A DNA stretch of 64,000 nt from an uncultured Methanosarcinales archaeon (GCA_964637115.1 CAZWVL010000003.1:64001-128000); one strand, 5' to 3'. Shown: positions 37,060-46,474, counted from the first letter of the stretch. Numbers and translations: made by a program. The notes: generated by a model not told the origin, from the letters alone.

Positions 37060-39423
37060 GTGGAAAAAGAGAGGTTTGTGGGCATAATTGCGATATTATT
37101 TACTTTATTAGTTCTAAGTGTTAATATTGTTTCAGCACAACCTGCCAGCCCATTGGAAGGAGGACTCGTGCACAAGCTTTTTGCGTGGGTTGCAGACTTT
37201 TTCGTATCATCGTCCAGCATAACCGGCGCGCAAGTGATCGAACCGCCATTTGAGAGTCCACCTGTGTTTGGATTAATGCAAACACCAACCCCAACTTCAA
37301 CACCAACTTCTACACCGACGTCAACGCCAACGTCAACTCCTACAAGTACGCCAACGTCAACTCCAACATCGACTCCTACAAGTACTCCGACGTCTACTCC
37401 TACTTCAACGCCAACCAGCACTCCAACGTCTACACCAACTTCTACTCCGACAAGTACGCCTACGTCAACGCCTACTTCAACTCCAACCTCAACTCCGACA
37501 CCAACTTCAACTCCTACTTCAACGCCGACTTCTACACCGACATCAACACCAACCTCTACTCCGACTCCAACTCCTACTTCAACGCCGACTTCTACACCGA
37601 CATCTACGCCAACAAGTACACCGACTTCAACTCCGACAAGTACGCCGACAAGTACACCAACGTCTACTCCAACTTCAACGCCAACCAGCACTCCAACTCC
37701 TACCTCAACACCGACATCAACTCCGACACCAACTTCTACTCCAACCAGTACTCCGACGTCTACTCCTACTTCAACGCCAACCAGCACTCCAACGTCTACA
37801 CCAACTTCTACTCCGACATCAACTTCAACTCCTACAAGCACGCCAACGTCAACTCCAACATCAACTCCTACTTCAACGCCAACGTCTACACCGACCAGTA
37901 CTCCGACTTCTACACCAACTTCAACTCCGACAAGTACGCCGACTTCGACTCCTACTTCAACTCCGACTCCAACAAGCACGCCAACTTCTACACCGACATC
38001 AACACCAACCTCTACTCCGACAAGTACGCCGACATCTACGCCAACAAGCACTCCAACGTCTACACCAACGTCAACTCCGACACCGACTTCAACTCCAACC
38101 TCAACACCGACTTCAACGCCAACGTCAACTCCAACAAGTACGCCTACTTCAACTCCGACATCTACGCCAACGAGTACTCCGACTTCGACTCCTACTTCAA
38201 CTCCTACGAGTACTCCAACTTCAACGCCAACCTCTACTCCAACTTCGACACCAACGTCAACTCCTACAAGCACTCCAACATCAACACCAACAAGCACACC
38301 AACGTCTACTCCAACTTCAACTCCGACTAGTACTCCAACTCCTACCTCAACGCCAACTTCAACGCCTACTTCAACCCCAACAAGTACACCAACTTCGACG
38401 CCTACAAGTACTCCGACTTCGACTCCAACTTCAACGCCAACAAGCACTCCAACGAGTACACCGACTTCAACTCCAACTTCTACGCCGACTTCTACTCCAA
38501 CCCGTACACCAACTTCGACTCCGACATCAACACCAACCTCTACTCCGACGAGCACTCCAACCAGTACTCCTACGTCAACACCAACTTCAACTCCAACTAG
38601 AACACCAACGTCAACACCTACTTCGACTCCGACTTCAACGCCAACAAGTACGCCAACTTCTACACCAACATCAACCCCAACCAGCACTCCAACTCCTATT
38701 ACGCCAACATTACCCCCGGGAGTTGGCAGTACATCTACAGGTAGTGGAAGCAGCCCATACACTACTTCTAACCCAATCTATTGTAATTGTGTGATCGCAG
38801 GCTCGGACCCCAAAAAACCAAAGTATTCTCCCTCGGGATGTATCCTACCTCCCAGTATGCGCGGCAACACTCCATTATGTTCAGCGACGATCGGTTCAGA
38901 AGCAGCATTAGTCACGGGAGGAATAGACAAAACCAAGGCATGTATGAAGATGTGCGCTGTGGATGGTGGGACTGTATGTCAGTGTGAAATTCAGTGCATT
39001 TATGGATCTGAAACTTACATTAAAGACTGTGAGAGAGATGGCGGTGATCCTTGTGATTGCATTAGAATGTATACAAGCAGCGGTCTTCAAGATGCAGCTC
39101 CAAGTTCTGAGACTATAGAAGAGGAGACTGTGCAGGAAGAGCCTGTGCAGGAGGAGACTGACACTTCAAATGATGACAATGGCGATATTGCTCCTTCAAG
39201 TGTTACTATCCAGACGGCTATGAATCGGGAATCTTATTGGACTAAATCAGGCCTTGGAAAAGCAGCAGGTGCGTTCACGCAAAGAACAAACGTCAGAGGA
39301 GCGTTAATAGCAGGTGTAGCATTATTATTGGGACTTGTGGCAATAATCTGGGCGCTCCTGTACAGAAACAAGGTTAATAGAAGTTCTAAGCCGGCAAAAC
39401 TTAATCGTGCCAAGAAACGATAA
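37060..39423 (+). CDS. Mucin-like (TPTS)n surface protein 2 with Cys domain, acidic linker and C-terminal TM
   Basis: GTG 37060 gives MEKERFVGII matching the paralogs; over 100 TPTS units; Cys-rich domain; GAFTQRTNVRGALIAG + TM. Confidence 0.85.
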   Translation: MEKERFVGIIAILFTLLVLSVNIVSAQPASPLEGGLVHKLFAWVADFFVSSSSITGAQVIEPPFESPPVFGLMQTPTPTSTPTSTPTSTPTSTPTSTPTSTPTSTPTSTPTSTPTSTPTSTPTSTPTSTPTSTPTSTPTSTPTSTPTPTSTPTSTPTSTPTSTPTSTPTPTPTSTPTSTPTSTPTSTPTSTPTSTPTSTPTSTPTSTPTSTPTPTSTPTSTPTPTSTPTSTPTSTPTSTPTSTPTSTPTSTPTSTSTPTSTPTSTPTSTPTSTPTSTPTSTPTSTPTSTPTSTPTSTPTSTPTPTSTPTSTPTSTPTSTPTSTPTSTPTSTPTSTPTSTPTPTSTPTSTPTSTPTSTPTSTPTSTPTSTPTSTPTSTPTSTPTSTPTSTPTSTPTSTPTSTPTSTPTSTPTSTPTSTPTSTPTSTPTPTSTPTSTPTSTPTSTPTSTPTSTPTSTPTSTPTSTPTSTPTSTPTSTPTSTPTRTPTSTPTSTPTSTPTSTPTSTPTSTPTSTPTRTPTSTPTSTPTSTPTSTPTSTPTSTPTSTPTPITPTLPPGVGSTSTGSGSSPYTTSNPIYCNCVIAGSDPKKPKYSPSGCILPPSMRGNTPLCSATIGSEAALVTGGIDKTKACMKMCAVDGGTVCQCEIQCIYGSETYIKDCERDGGDPCDCIRMYTSSGLQDAAPSSETIEEETVQEEPVQEETDTSNDDNGDIAPSSVTIQTAMNRESYWTKSGLGKAAGAFTQRTNVRGALIAGVALLLGLVAIIWALLYRNKVNRSSKPAKLNRAKKR
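37282..38697 (+). repeat. Degenerate 12-bp tandem repeat encoding TPTS (about 1.4 kb)
   Basis: Same unit as at 35575 with occasional TP insertions and T-to-R changes. Confidence 0.95.
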
Positions 39424-39479
39424 AACCGTGACTATCATAACGTTTTTAAAATCCTGCCTATTCGTATGCTGAGAGAGAA

Positions 39480-40691
39480 GTGGAAAAAGAGAAGAGTGTA
39501 GGGATTGTTGCAATCGTGTTCACTTTGTTAGTTCTTAGTGTTACGGTTGTTTCAGCTGCGCAGTCAGCAACTTCAGAAAAAGGATTTTTCTCCAAATTTG
39601 TTGATTGGATAAAGAGCTTCTTCACTTCATCAGGCGTAACTGGCGCACAAGTGAGCATTCCACAAACAAGTCCTCCAACATTTGGACTGATGCAGACAGA
39701 AACGCCTACCGAAACTCCTACGTCTACGCCAACAGAAACTCCAACTGAGACTCCTACTTCTACTGTAACACCTACCGAAACTCCTACTTCTACCGCTACA
39801 CCTACAGAAACTCCAACTTCAACTCCTACTTCGACACCAACTGCCATTCCAACAGGCATTCCAACCTCAACGCCAACGCCGACAGGTACGCCAACTATGA
39901 CTTGTGGACGATGCGAAACCCTAGTATGCCCGACACCCACGCCGACACCGACAGAGCAGGTGCCAGATAGCGTGATTCAACAGGTTCCACCACCTGCATG
40001 CACGTGCGTGCCAATTCCAGGCTGTAGCCAAGTTTCTGGCGGAACCAATCCAATGCAAGCTCCTTTTTGCAGAAAAGGTTCGGAATATGATTTAATTGAA
40101 TTTTTGAAAAGAAATCCAGGTCCGGTTCGCTATAGCAGCAATGAAAAATGGCATTACATTGACAACGAAGGTACCAAAAGAGAATTAAAAAGAGAGGGAA
40201 TCCTAACGGTTGGCCCATTGTGTTGCGCAGATTGCTGTAGCGCGTTCTGCAGTGAAATAGATCCAAGATTCCTTTGCCTTGCACCTGTAATTTATGATGA
40301 GAAAAATAATCCGGTAATGCTCCAAGCTCCACACATTTGCAGGCACGCAGTGATTCCATTGGATGCGGAAAAGTGCAAAGATGTAGGAGGGCTGGCTTGC
40401 CTTAGAGGTTTGCCAGTTGTTGGTAAGGAGCCATCAACGGGGAAAGAGAGGAGATCTAAAACGGACGAGTCTGCCCAGCAGATAACTTCAAAACGGTCTA
40501 AGCAAAGCCCTGCTGCTGAAAATCAAATGCCAATCAGTGCGCCAGGCGTCGGGACAAGCACGGGTGCATTTGCAGGAAACGCGAACTCCAGAGGTGCATT
40601 GATAGCAGGCAATGTACTATTGCTTATACTTGTGGCAATTATCTGGGTGCTCGTGTATAGGAGAATGCCTCCAAAAAGTTCTGACATTTGA
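39480..40691 (+). CDS. Mucin-like surface protein 3 with short (TPTE)n stalk and a larger Cys-rich domain
   Basis: MEKEKSVGIV..., TGAQV, TETPTETPTS repeats, GAFAGNANSRGALIAG + TM. Confidence 0.85.
   Translation: MEKEKSVGIVAIVFTLLVLSVTVVSAAQSATSEKGFFSKFVDWIKSFFTSSGVTGAQVSIPQTSPPTFGLMQTETPTETPTSTPTETPTETPTSTVTPTETPTSTATPTETPTSTPTSTPTAIPTGIPTSTPTPTGTPTMTCGRCETLVCPTPTPTPTEQVPDSVIQQVPPPACTCVPIPGCSQVSGGTNPMQAPFCRKGSEYDLIEFLKRNPGPVRYSSNEKWHYIDNEGTKRELKREGILTVGPLCCADCCSAFCSEIDPRFLCLAPVIYDEKNNPVMLQAPHICRHAVIPLDAEKCKDVGGLACLRGLPVVGKEPSTGKERRSKTDESAQQITSKRSKQSPAAENQMPISAPGVGTSTGAFAGNANSRGALIAGNVLLLILVAIIWVLVYRRMPPKSSDI
39696..39897 (+). repeat. Short TPTE/TPTS coding repeat
   Basis: ACAGAAACGCCT / ACCGAAACTCCT units. 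Confidence 0.85.
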
Positions 40692-40779
40692 AAAACTATG
40701 ACTTTTTTGTCACAAAGGGTTAAATCTTAAGGAAACATAGAGTTCTATATTGTGACAACAATGTCACGGAGACATCACT

Positions 40780-40989
40780 ATGGCAAACGAAGAACAAATA
40801 GGTTTTCACAAAGGAGCACTGACAACCCTTGCCAAAGAACGGCAGGAAATGGTTAGAATCCTACAGATAGTAGAACAACTAATGCAAGCACACATAAAAG
40901 CACTCAAAGACATGGGTGTAGACTTGGAAGCAGAAGCGGCAAAAACAGAGAAAAAACCGCTTGAAGAAAAGCTCAAGAGAGGAGTATAA
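40780..40989 (+). CDS. Small helical/coiled-coil protein (69 aa)
   Basis: MANEEQIGFHKGALTTLAKERQEMVRILQIVEQLMQAHIKAL; GGAG SD; stop overlaps the next start (TAATG). Confidence 0.7.
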   Translation: MANEEQIGFHKGALTTLAKERQEMVRILQIVEQLMQAHIKALKDMGVDLEAEAAKTEKKPLEEKLKRGV

Positions 40990-41702
40990 TGTACGGAATG
41001 GGTGGGTACGGCGGAAGTTCCGGATATGGAAGCTCTGGCTACTCACAAACATCAGGATACAGCAGTGCAGCAGGATATTCTTCATCTAACAGTTATGCGG
41101 GCAGTTCTGCAGGACCAGGAAACTATCAAGCATCAGAACAAGCACAAATGTCCCACACAGAAGACTTCCTGGCAGAAAACAGACCGTGGACACCAATAAT
41201 ATCAAACTTAGGCGAAGTCAAGGAAATCGTTGAACAAACCTTTGAAAAAATGACTGGCCAGGAATTTCCGCAAGACAGCATCAAAATAATAATTTGTGAT
41301 GAAAAGCAATTCAAAGAATTAAGCCCCAACACAAGTCCAGGAGTAGTCGGATTCAGCTTCAACAAATACGGAAAAGGAATATCAGAAATATACATTAAAC
41401 AAGACCATCTTGACTCAGTATTGCTAACAATCGGACACGAACTAGGCCACGTACTCGGACCAACACTACCAAACGGACAAGATGAAGAAGCAAAAGCACA
41501 TGCATTTTCATTAGCTTGGATTGAAACAATACGCGATAATAATATTGGCGGATTGCAGCCAAACATTGCGCCAAACCCGGCACACAATGGCCTGCACGAC
41601 GTCGCATTTGATTTTGTAAAGTACTTAATGAACACCGGCTCGAGTTCATTTGATATTTTTAAAACACTCGCACATGGACTAACAAGCATAGTAGCAACAT
41701 GA
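40989..41702 (+). CDS. HExxH-motif protein (putative zinc metallopeptidase fold) with Gly/Ser/Tyr-rich N-terminus
   Basis: LLTIGHELGHVLG followed by DEEAKAHAF (downstream Glu as possible third ligand); N-terminal (GYS)-rich low complexity. Confidence 0.7.
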   Translation: MYGMGGYGGSSGYGSSGYSQTSGYSSAAGYSSSNSYAGSSAGPGNYQASEQAQMSHTEDFLAENRPWTPIISNLGEVKEIVEQTFEKMTGQEFPQDSIKIIICDEKQFKELSPNTSPGVVGFSFNKYGKGISEIYIKQDHLDSVLLTIGHELGHVLGPTLPNGQDEEAKAHAFSLAWIETIRDNNIGGLQPNIAPNPAHNGLHDVAFDFVKYLMNTGSSSFDIFKTLAHGLTSIVAT

Positions 41703-41712
41703 GGTACTAACA

Positions 41713-43635
41713 ATGGCAAAGAAAAAGGAAACAAAGACAGAGACAAAAGAAGCAAAGTACGAAAAACCAGCCGAAGCTCAAAAAGAATCAAAGTATGAAA
41801 AGAAAGAAGAAGCAAAAACAGAGCCAGAACTTCCATCTAACTTGCCGCCAGAAGTTGTAGAAAAACTCAAGGTCATAAAAGAAAAAATCACGACATTCCA
41901 GAAAAGAATAGTAGAGAAGTTTGACAAATACATCGTGGGTGTGGCTTTATTACCCCCGCCAAGGCCGCCGGCACCAAATCTTCCGCCAGAAATTTTTGCT
42001 GAAGAACAAAAACGTTATGAGGAAGAAAAAGACAAGTACGCCACATTAGTTCTTATTGATGATACGGAGCCAACAAAGATGACCAAAGGAGAGCTCAGAG
42101 ACAAGCTCTCAGCCATCATGGACGCAACATCAAAAGAAATAGATCCAAACATCTATCCGCAGACATTACTTTTATCTGAACTATGGCAGAACTGCTATGA
42201 TGGAAAGTACGACTTATTGCAATTAATCGGCATGAGCGCGCCAATATACGATACTGGAATGCTCGGCGCCATAAGAATAGCAGAACTTCATAAAACAATG
42301 GTTCTCAAGAAATTCGAGAAATACATTGTAGCATATGTCATGGCAGGCTCATTAGTCCAAGGCAGAGCAACCAAAGACTCAGACATCGACGTTTTCCTTG
42401 TCATAGACGACACTGACGTCAAAAAAATGACGAGAGCAGAACTCAGAGACAAGCTCCGCGCAATAATCATTGGCATGGGAGCAGAAGCAGGAGAAATAAC
42501 TGGAATACGAAACAAGATAAACATCCAGATTTACATCCTGACAGACTTCTGGGACAGCATCAGAGAAAGTAATCCGGTCATATTTACCTTCCTGCGAGAT
42601 GGAGTGCCCTTCTACGACAGAGGAATCTTCATGCCGTGGAAACAACTCCTGAAAATGGGCAAGATCAAGCCATCAGCAGAAGCAATAGACATCTTCATGA
42701 GCTCAGGAGAACAAACACTTGACAGAGTAAAGTTCAAACTGCGAGACATTGGCACGGAAGATTTCTTCTGGGGAATCCACACGCCAACACAAGCAGCGCT
42801 CATGTTATATGGAATTCCGCCACCAGCACCAAAAGAAACATGCGGAGTACTAAGAGAAGTCTTTGTCAAAAAAGAAGGACTCCTTGAAGAAGAATACGTG
42901 AAAATACTCGAAAACGTCATTCAAGTACGCAAGGACATCGAGCACGGAATCAGGAAAGACATTACTGGCAAGGAAATCGACAAACTCTTGGAAGACTCAG
43001 AAAAGTACACGAAAAGATTGAAGAGACTCTTTACCCAGATTGAGAAATTAAAAGAAGAAGAGAGCATGATAAACACGTACGACACGATGCAAACCATACT
43101 GCGCGACGTGCTTAAAATGGAAAAAATAGAAACTGCGGCAGAAGGAGAACTTGCACACGTCTTTGAAGAAAAGATGATATCAACAGGAAAAATACCGGCA
43201 AAATTCTTAAGAAATTTGCACGCGCTCATCAAGGCAAAAGCAGACTACGATGCAGGAAAACTAAGCAAGTCAGAAGTTGATAAAGTGCAGAAAGACAGCA
43301 GCGAGCTAATCCGCTTCCTCATTGATTACATGCACCGCAAGAAAGCTCACGAGCTCGAACGCGCAAAAGTAAGAGTCAAGCACGGCCAGAAATACGGCGA
43401 AATAACAATCTTAGGCAATACTGCGTTTATAGTGCGAGACATGGACAGTCCGGACAGGATAATGGAAAAAGCACCTGTCAATTCAGATGGAAGCCTCGGA
43501 AACACAGGACCGTGCACGCCAGAAGAATTCGAACAGGCATTAGCCAAATTGGTTCCAGTAAGAATAACACTCAAAGAACCACTGTTCGAGAGCTTAAAAC
43601 GCTTTTTTGGCAAGGACTACGAAGTACTTGTTTGA
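41713..43635 (+). CDS. Multidomain nucleotidyltransferase: degenerate MNT + MNT + HEPN (Rx4H) + degenerate HEPN-like + C-terminal domain
   Basis: GSLVQGRATKDSDIDVFLVIDD (Pol-beta-type GS/DxD/D); internal repeat LVLIDDTEPTKMTKGELRDKL vs LVIDDTDVKKMTRAELRDKL; RKDIEH at 42928-42945; KADYD in the next helical block. Confidence 0.8.
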   Translation: MAKKKETKTETKEAKYEKPAEAQKESKYEKKEEAKTEPELPSNLPPEVVEKLKVIKEKITTFQKRIVEKFDKYIVGVALLPPPRPPAPNLPPEIFAEEQKRYEEEKDKYATLVLIDDTEPTKMTKGELRDKLSAIMDATSKEIDPNIYPQTLLLSELWQNCYDGKYDLLQLIGMSAPIYDTGMLGAIRIAELHKTMVLKKFEKYIVAYVMAGSLVQGRATKDSDIDVFLVIDDTDVKKMTRAELRDKLRAIIIGMGAEAGEITGIRNKINIQIYILTDFWDSIRESNPVIFTFLRDGVPFYDRGIFMPWKQLLKMGKIKPSAEAIDIFMSSGEQTLDRVKFKLRDIGTEDFFWGIHTPTQAALMLYGIPPPAPKETCGVLREVFVKKEGLLEEEYVKILENVIQVRKDIEHGIRKDITGKEIDKLLEDSEKYTKRLKRLFTQIEKLKEEESMINTYDTMQTILRDVLKMEKIETAAEGELAHVFEEKMISTGKIPAKFLRNLHALIKAKADYDAGKLSKSEVDKVQKDSSELIRFLIDYMHRKKAHELERAKVRVKHGQKYGEITILGNTAFIVRDMDSPDRIMEKAPVNSDGSLGNTGPCTPEEFEQALAKLVPVRITLKEPLFESLKRFFGKDYEVLV

Positions 43636-43677
43636 TTTCCAATAATCTTATAAAAGCACTAGTTACAACGCTGTTCT

Positions 43678-44352
43678 ATGGAGTCAGAAAAGGAATTTAA
43701 AGATGAACTTAAGGCAACACTGCCTTTATACAAGATAGCCGGAGGAATTATTCTGTTTCTCCTAATATTAGGCATCATTGTTGCACTTGTAACTGAAAAA
43801 AAAGCACCGGCACCGCAGCCGATAGCTGCCAAAATAACACCTCCGCCAGTGCAAGAAAATATTACAGTTAATCTTACAGATACAAATCTCACAATAATGC
43901 CTGTAACAAATGTTACTAATGCGACCATAAATGTAGCACAGAATCTTACTAATGTAACATCTGATATGCCAAATTTAACTGTAACGCCGCCGCCAGCAGT
44001 GTACAATTACACGTGGGAAGCCATCACTATTACCTTCCCCAATACGCTCAAACGCATAACGCACACAGTTACAACGCACCACTATATTGACATTAAAGAG
44101 GCAGATGGAACACCGGTTACTAACGGAGAGCAATTTGCCTTGTTAATCAATTTCAAGGACAATTTTGGACGCAATACGGAACTCAAGCCATCCTTTGAAA
44201 ACAGCAAATGGCTCATCTCAACACTAATTCCCAATCCGGGCAATTACACACTCATTGTTACGCTAAAGTGCGCGGAAAAGAAAGGACACTGCCAGCGCCT
44301 CTATGATGAAACGGGCAGCACGGCGAAATCATTCGATTTTGAAGTTATTTGA
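43678..44352 (+). CDS. Single-pass membrane protein with dense N-glycosylation sequons and C-terminal beta domain
   Basis: TM IAGGIILFLLILGIIVALV; 8 NxT sequons in about 45 aa (NITVNLTDTNLT...NVTNAT...NLTNVT...NLT). Confidence 0.75.
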   Translation: MESEKEFKDELKATLPLYKIAGGIILFLLILGIIVALVTEKKAPAPQPIAAKITPPPVQENITVNLTDTNLTIMPVTNVTNATINVAQNLTNVTSDMPNLTVTPPPAVYNYTWEAITITFPNTLKRITHTVTTHHYIDIKEADGTPVTNGEQFALLINFKDNFGRNTELKPSFENSKWLISTLIPNPGNYTLIVTLKCAEKKGHCQRLYDETGSTAKSFDFEVI

Positions 44353-44379
44353 TTCACCCCTTCTTCGTTGTCCATAACG

Positions 44380-44479
44380 TCAAGAACTGCCAATATTTAT
44401 TGTGAATTGTGGCAGTTCTTGAGCGTGCTCGGAAATATATGCATGTATTACTCACGTGTGGTTATATATTTCCGACACG
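44380..44479. other. Two adjacent long inverted repeats in an intergenic region (possible structured RNA or cruciform)
   Basis: TCAAGAACTGCCA (44380-44392) / TGGCAGTTCTTGA (44410-44422); TCGGAAATATAT (44429-44440) / ATATATTTCCGA (44464-44475), extended by CGTG/CACG. Confidence 0.8.
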
Positions 44480-44509
44480 TTAATAAAGAAAGAGCGCCTT
44501 AAAACTACT

Positions 44510-44962
44510 ATGTACAGGGTAAGCACGGGGTACACAGTTGCGGATGCAATGACGCAAGAGCCGGTTACGATTTCACCAAACAAAACACTGCGTGAAGCGT
44601 CAAAAATAATGGCAAAAGAACACGTTGGCTCGCTGCTTGTAAAAGAAGAAGATAAAATAATCGGTATTCTGACAGAACAAGACATTGTGCGCAAAGGAGT
44701 GGCAGGATCAGGAAACACTGCACTCAAAAAAGTCAAGGAAGTAATGGAGACAAACCTTACTACAACAACACCGGATGAAGACATATTTGAAGCACTGCGC
44801 ATAATGAGAGACTACAACATCAGACACTTGCCCGTAATACACCAAGGAAATTTTGTTGGTTTGGTAACGTTAAAAGACATTCTAAAAATAGAGCCGGACC
44901 TGTACGAGATAATGGTTGAAAGGATAGAATTGAGAGAAGCGGAGCGAAAGCCAGTTAAATAA
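44510..44962 (+). CDS. CBS-domain pair protein
   Basis: VADAMTQEPVTISP, IIGILTEQDIVRK, VKEVME, IRHLPVI, VGLVTLKDIL; start set at ATG 44510. Confidence 0.9.
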   Translation: MYRVSTGYTVADAMTQEPVTISPNKTLREASKIMAKEHVGSLLVKEEDKIIGILTEQDIVRKGVAGSGNTALKKVKEVMETNLTTTTPDEDIFEALRIMRDYNIRHLPVIHQGNFVGLVTLKDILKIEPDLYEIMVERIELREAERKPVK

Positions 44963-44983
44963 GCCCTTTTCTTTTTATCGTCT

Positions 44984-45913
44984 ATGGAATTCCCAAAACT
45001 AAACGGCAAAGCAGTACTCTCGCCAATGTCCGGGGTGACGGACGTTGCATTCAGAGCGCTCGCCAAAAAATACGGCGCGGCCATAACTTACACGGAATTT
45101 GTAAGCAGCACTTCTCTAGTGCGCGGAAACAAAGTAGCCTGGAGAATGGTTGAGACAGATTCTATCGAACAGCCCGTGGCCGTGCAATTATTCGGCCACA
45201 GCGAAGAAGATATAGTCAAGGCAGCACAAGAATTGCAAGACAAATTCGACGTGATAGATGTAAACTGCGGATGCCCGGCTTGGAAAGTCATCAAAACAGG
45301 AGCAGGCAGCGAAATGTTGAAACAACCTGAAAAAATTGCAAGCTTTATCAGAAAACTTGTGAAAGCCGTGAAAAAGCCAGTTACGGTCAAGATAAGAATT
45401 GGCATTGATGATAAAACTATCAATGCAGTAGAAGTTGCGAAATTAGTCGAAGAAGCAGGAGCAGCAGCCATTGCAATACACGGCAGGACGCAGCAGCAAG
45501 GCTACACTGGAAGCGCAAACTGGGATATAATAAAACAAGTCAAGCAAGCCGTAAAAATTCCAGTAATCGGAAATGGAGACGTCTTTACGCCCGAGCAATT
45601 CAAACAAAGATTTGAGGAAAGCGGAGTGGATGCCATCATGATAGCGCGCGGCGCAATAGGCAATCCGTATATCTTCAAGCAAATTGACGATTACATGAAG
45701 ACTGGAAAGTATGAAAAAGCCAATTCGATAGCATTATTCTTTGAATATCTTGAGCTGGCCAGAAAGCACAATATACAATTTAACGAAATCAAAGGCCACG
45801 CCATACAGTTCACCAAAGGAATTGTCGGCGGCAGCGATTTAAGGCAAAAACTTGCACAATGCCAGACAATAGAACAGATAGAAAATGTGCTTAAGCCGAA
45901 GCTGACAATCTAA
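44984..45913 (+). CDS. dus: tRNA-dihydrouridine synthase (Dus family)
   Basis: LSPMSGVTDVAFR, VAVQLFG, IDVNCGCP (catalytic Cys), PVTVKIRIG, IHGRT, IGNGDV, IMIARGAIGNPYIF. Confidence 0.92.
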   Translation: MEFPKLNGKAVLSPMSGVTDVAFRALAKKYGAAITYTEFVSSTSLVRGNKVAWRMVETDSIEQPVAVQLFGHSEEDIVKAAQELQDKFDVIDVNCGCPAWKVIKTGAGSEMLKQPEKIASFIRKLVKAVKKPVTVKIRIGIDDKTINAVEVAKLVEEAGAAAIAIHGRTQQQGYTGSANWDIIKQVKQAVKIPVIGNGDVFTPEQFKQRFEESGVDAIMIARGAIGNPYIFKQIDDYMKTGKYEKANSIALFFEYLELARKHNIQFNEIKGHAIQFTKGIVGGSDLRQKLAQCQTIEQIENVLKPKLTI

Positions 45914-45957
45914 AAATATAGAATTCTTTATATTGCCTTCATTTTTACACTAATACG

Positions 45958-46413
45958 ATGAAAATCAGAAAAGCGACACTCAAGGACTTTGAAAAGCTCA
46001 AGAAAATACGAGCAGAATTCTTTTTACTTGAAGCTTCTACCGATGAAAGACTTAACCGTGGATTTGTCAAGCGCGGACTTCCGATTTCCCTCGGCAAAAG
46101 CCTCAGATGCAAAGACGAAATACATTTCGTTGCTGAAGAGAAAGGCGAATTCATCGGCTATTCAGCAGTGGAGATTACAAACAATAATGGTTGGGTGCGA
46201 TACAAAAAGCAAGGGCATCTATACAATTTGTATGTTTTGCCTAAATATCAAGGAAAGAGAATTGGTACGCTTCTATTAAAAAAGTCATTAGAATGGTTCA
46301 AGGAAAAAAACATTAAAGACTTGAAAATATTGGCTTATACTTGGAACACGAGAGCACAAAAACTGTACAGAAAGCATGGATACACAGACTACATGCTGAT
46401 GATGAAAAAATAA
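45958..46413 (+). CDS. GNAT-family N-acetyltransferase
   Basis: KIRKATLKD start; LYNLYVLPKYQGKRIGTLLL (motif A); NTRAQKLYRKHGY. Confidence 0.9.
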   Translation: MKIRKATLKDFEKLKKIRAEFFLLEASTDERLNRGFVKRGLPISLGKSLRCKDEIHFVAEEKGEFIGYSAVEITNNNGWVRYKKQGHLYNLYVLPKYQGKRIGTLLLKKSLEWFKEKNIKDLKILAYTWNTRAQKLYRKHGYTDYMLMMKK

Positions 46414-46474
46414 CTTTTTTGGCATATTTAACCTTTACGAAAGCCATTTTAATAATGATTTATTTTCAGCTGCA

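Noticed and set aside
35575-38697. Tandem repeats as a possible CRISPR array or satellite
   Set aside because: 12-bp degenerate units with no unique spacers, in frame within CDSs, varying at synonymous positions; no cas genes in the window.
35337-38762. Long antisense ORFs (35337..36368, 37041..38762, 39458..39940) encoding VGVE/VGVD repeats
   Set aside because: They are the stop-free mirror of the TPTS repeats; the + strand carries the signal peptides, TM anchors and conserved promoters.
41126-41836. 236-aa antisense ORF over the HExxH gene, and the many other short overlapping ORFs in the track
   Set aside because: Shadow ORFs opposite or out of frame to better-supported genes, with no motifs or start signals.
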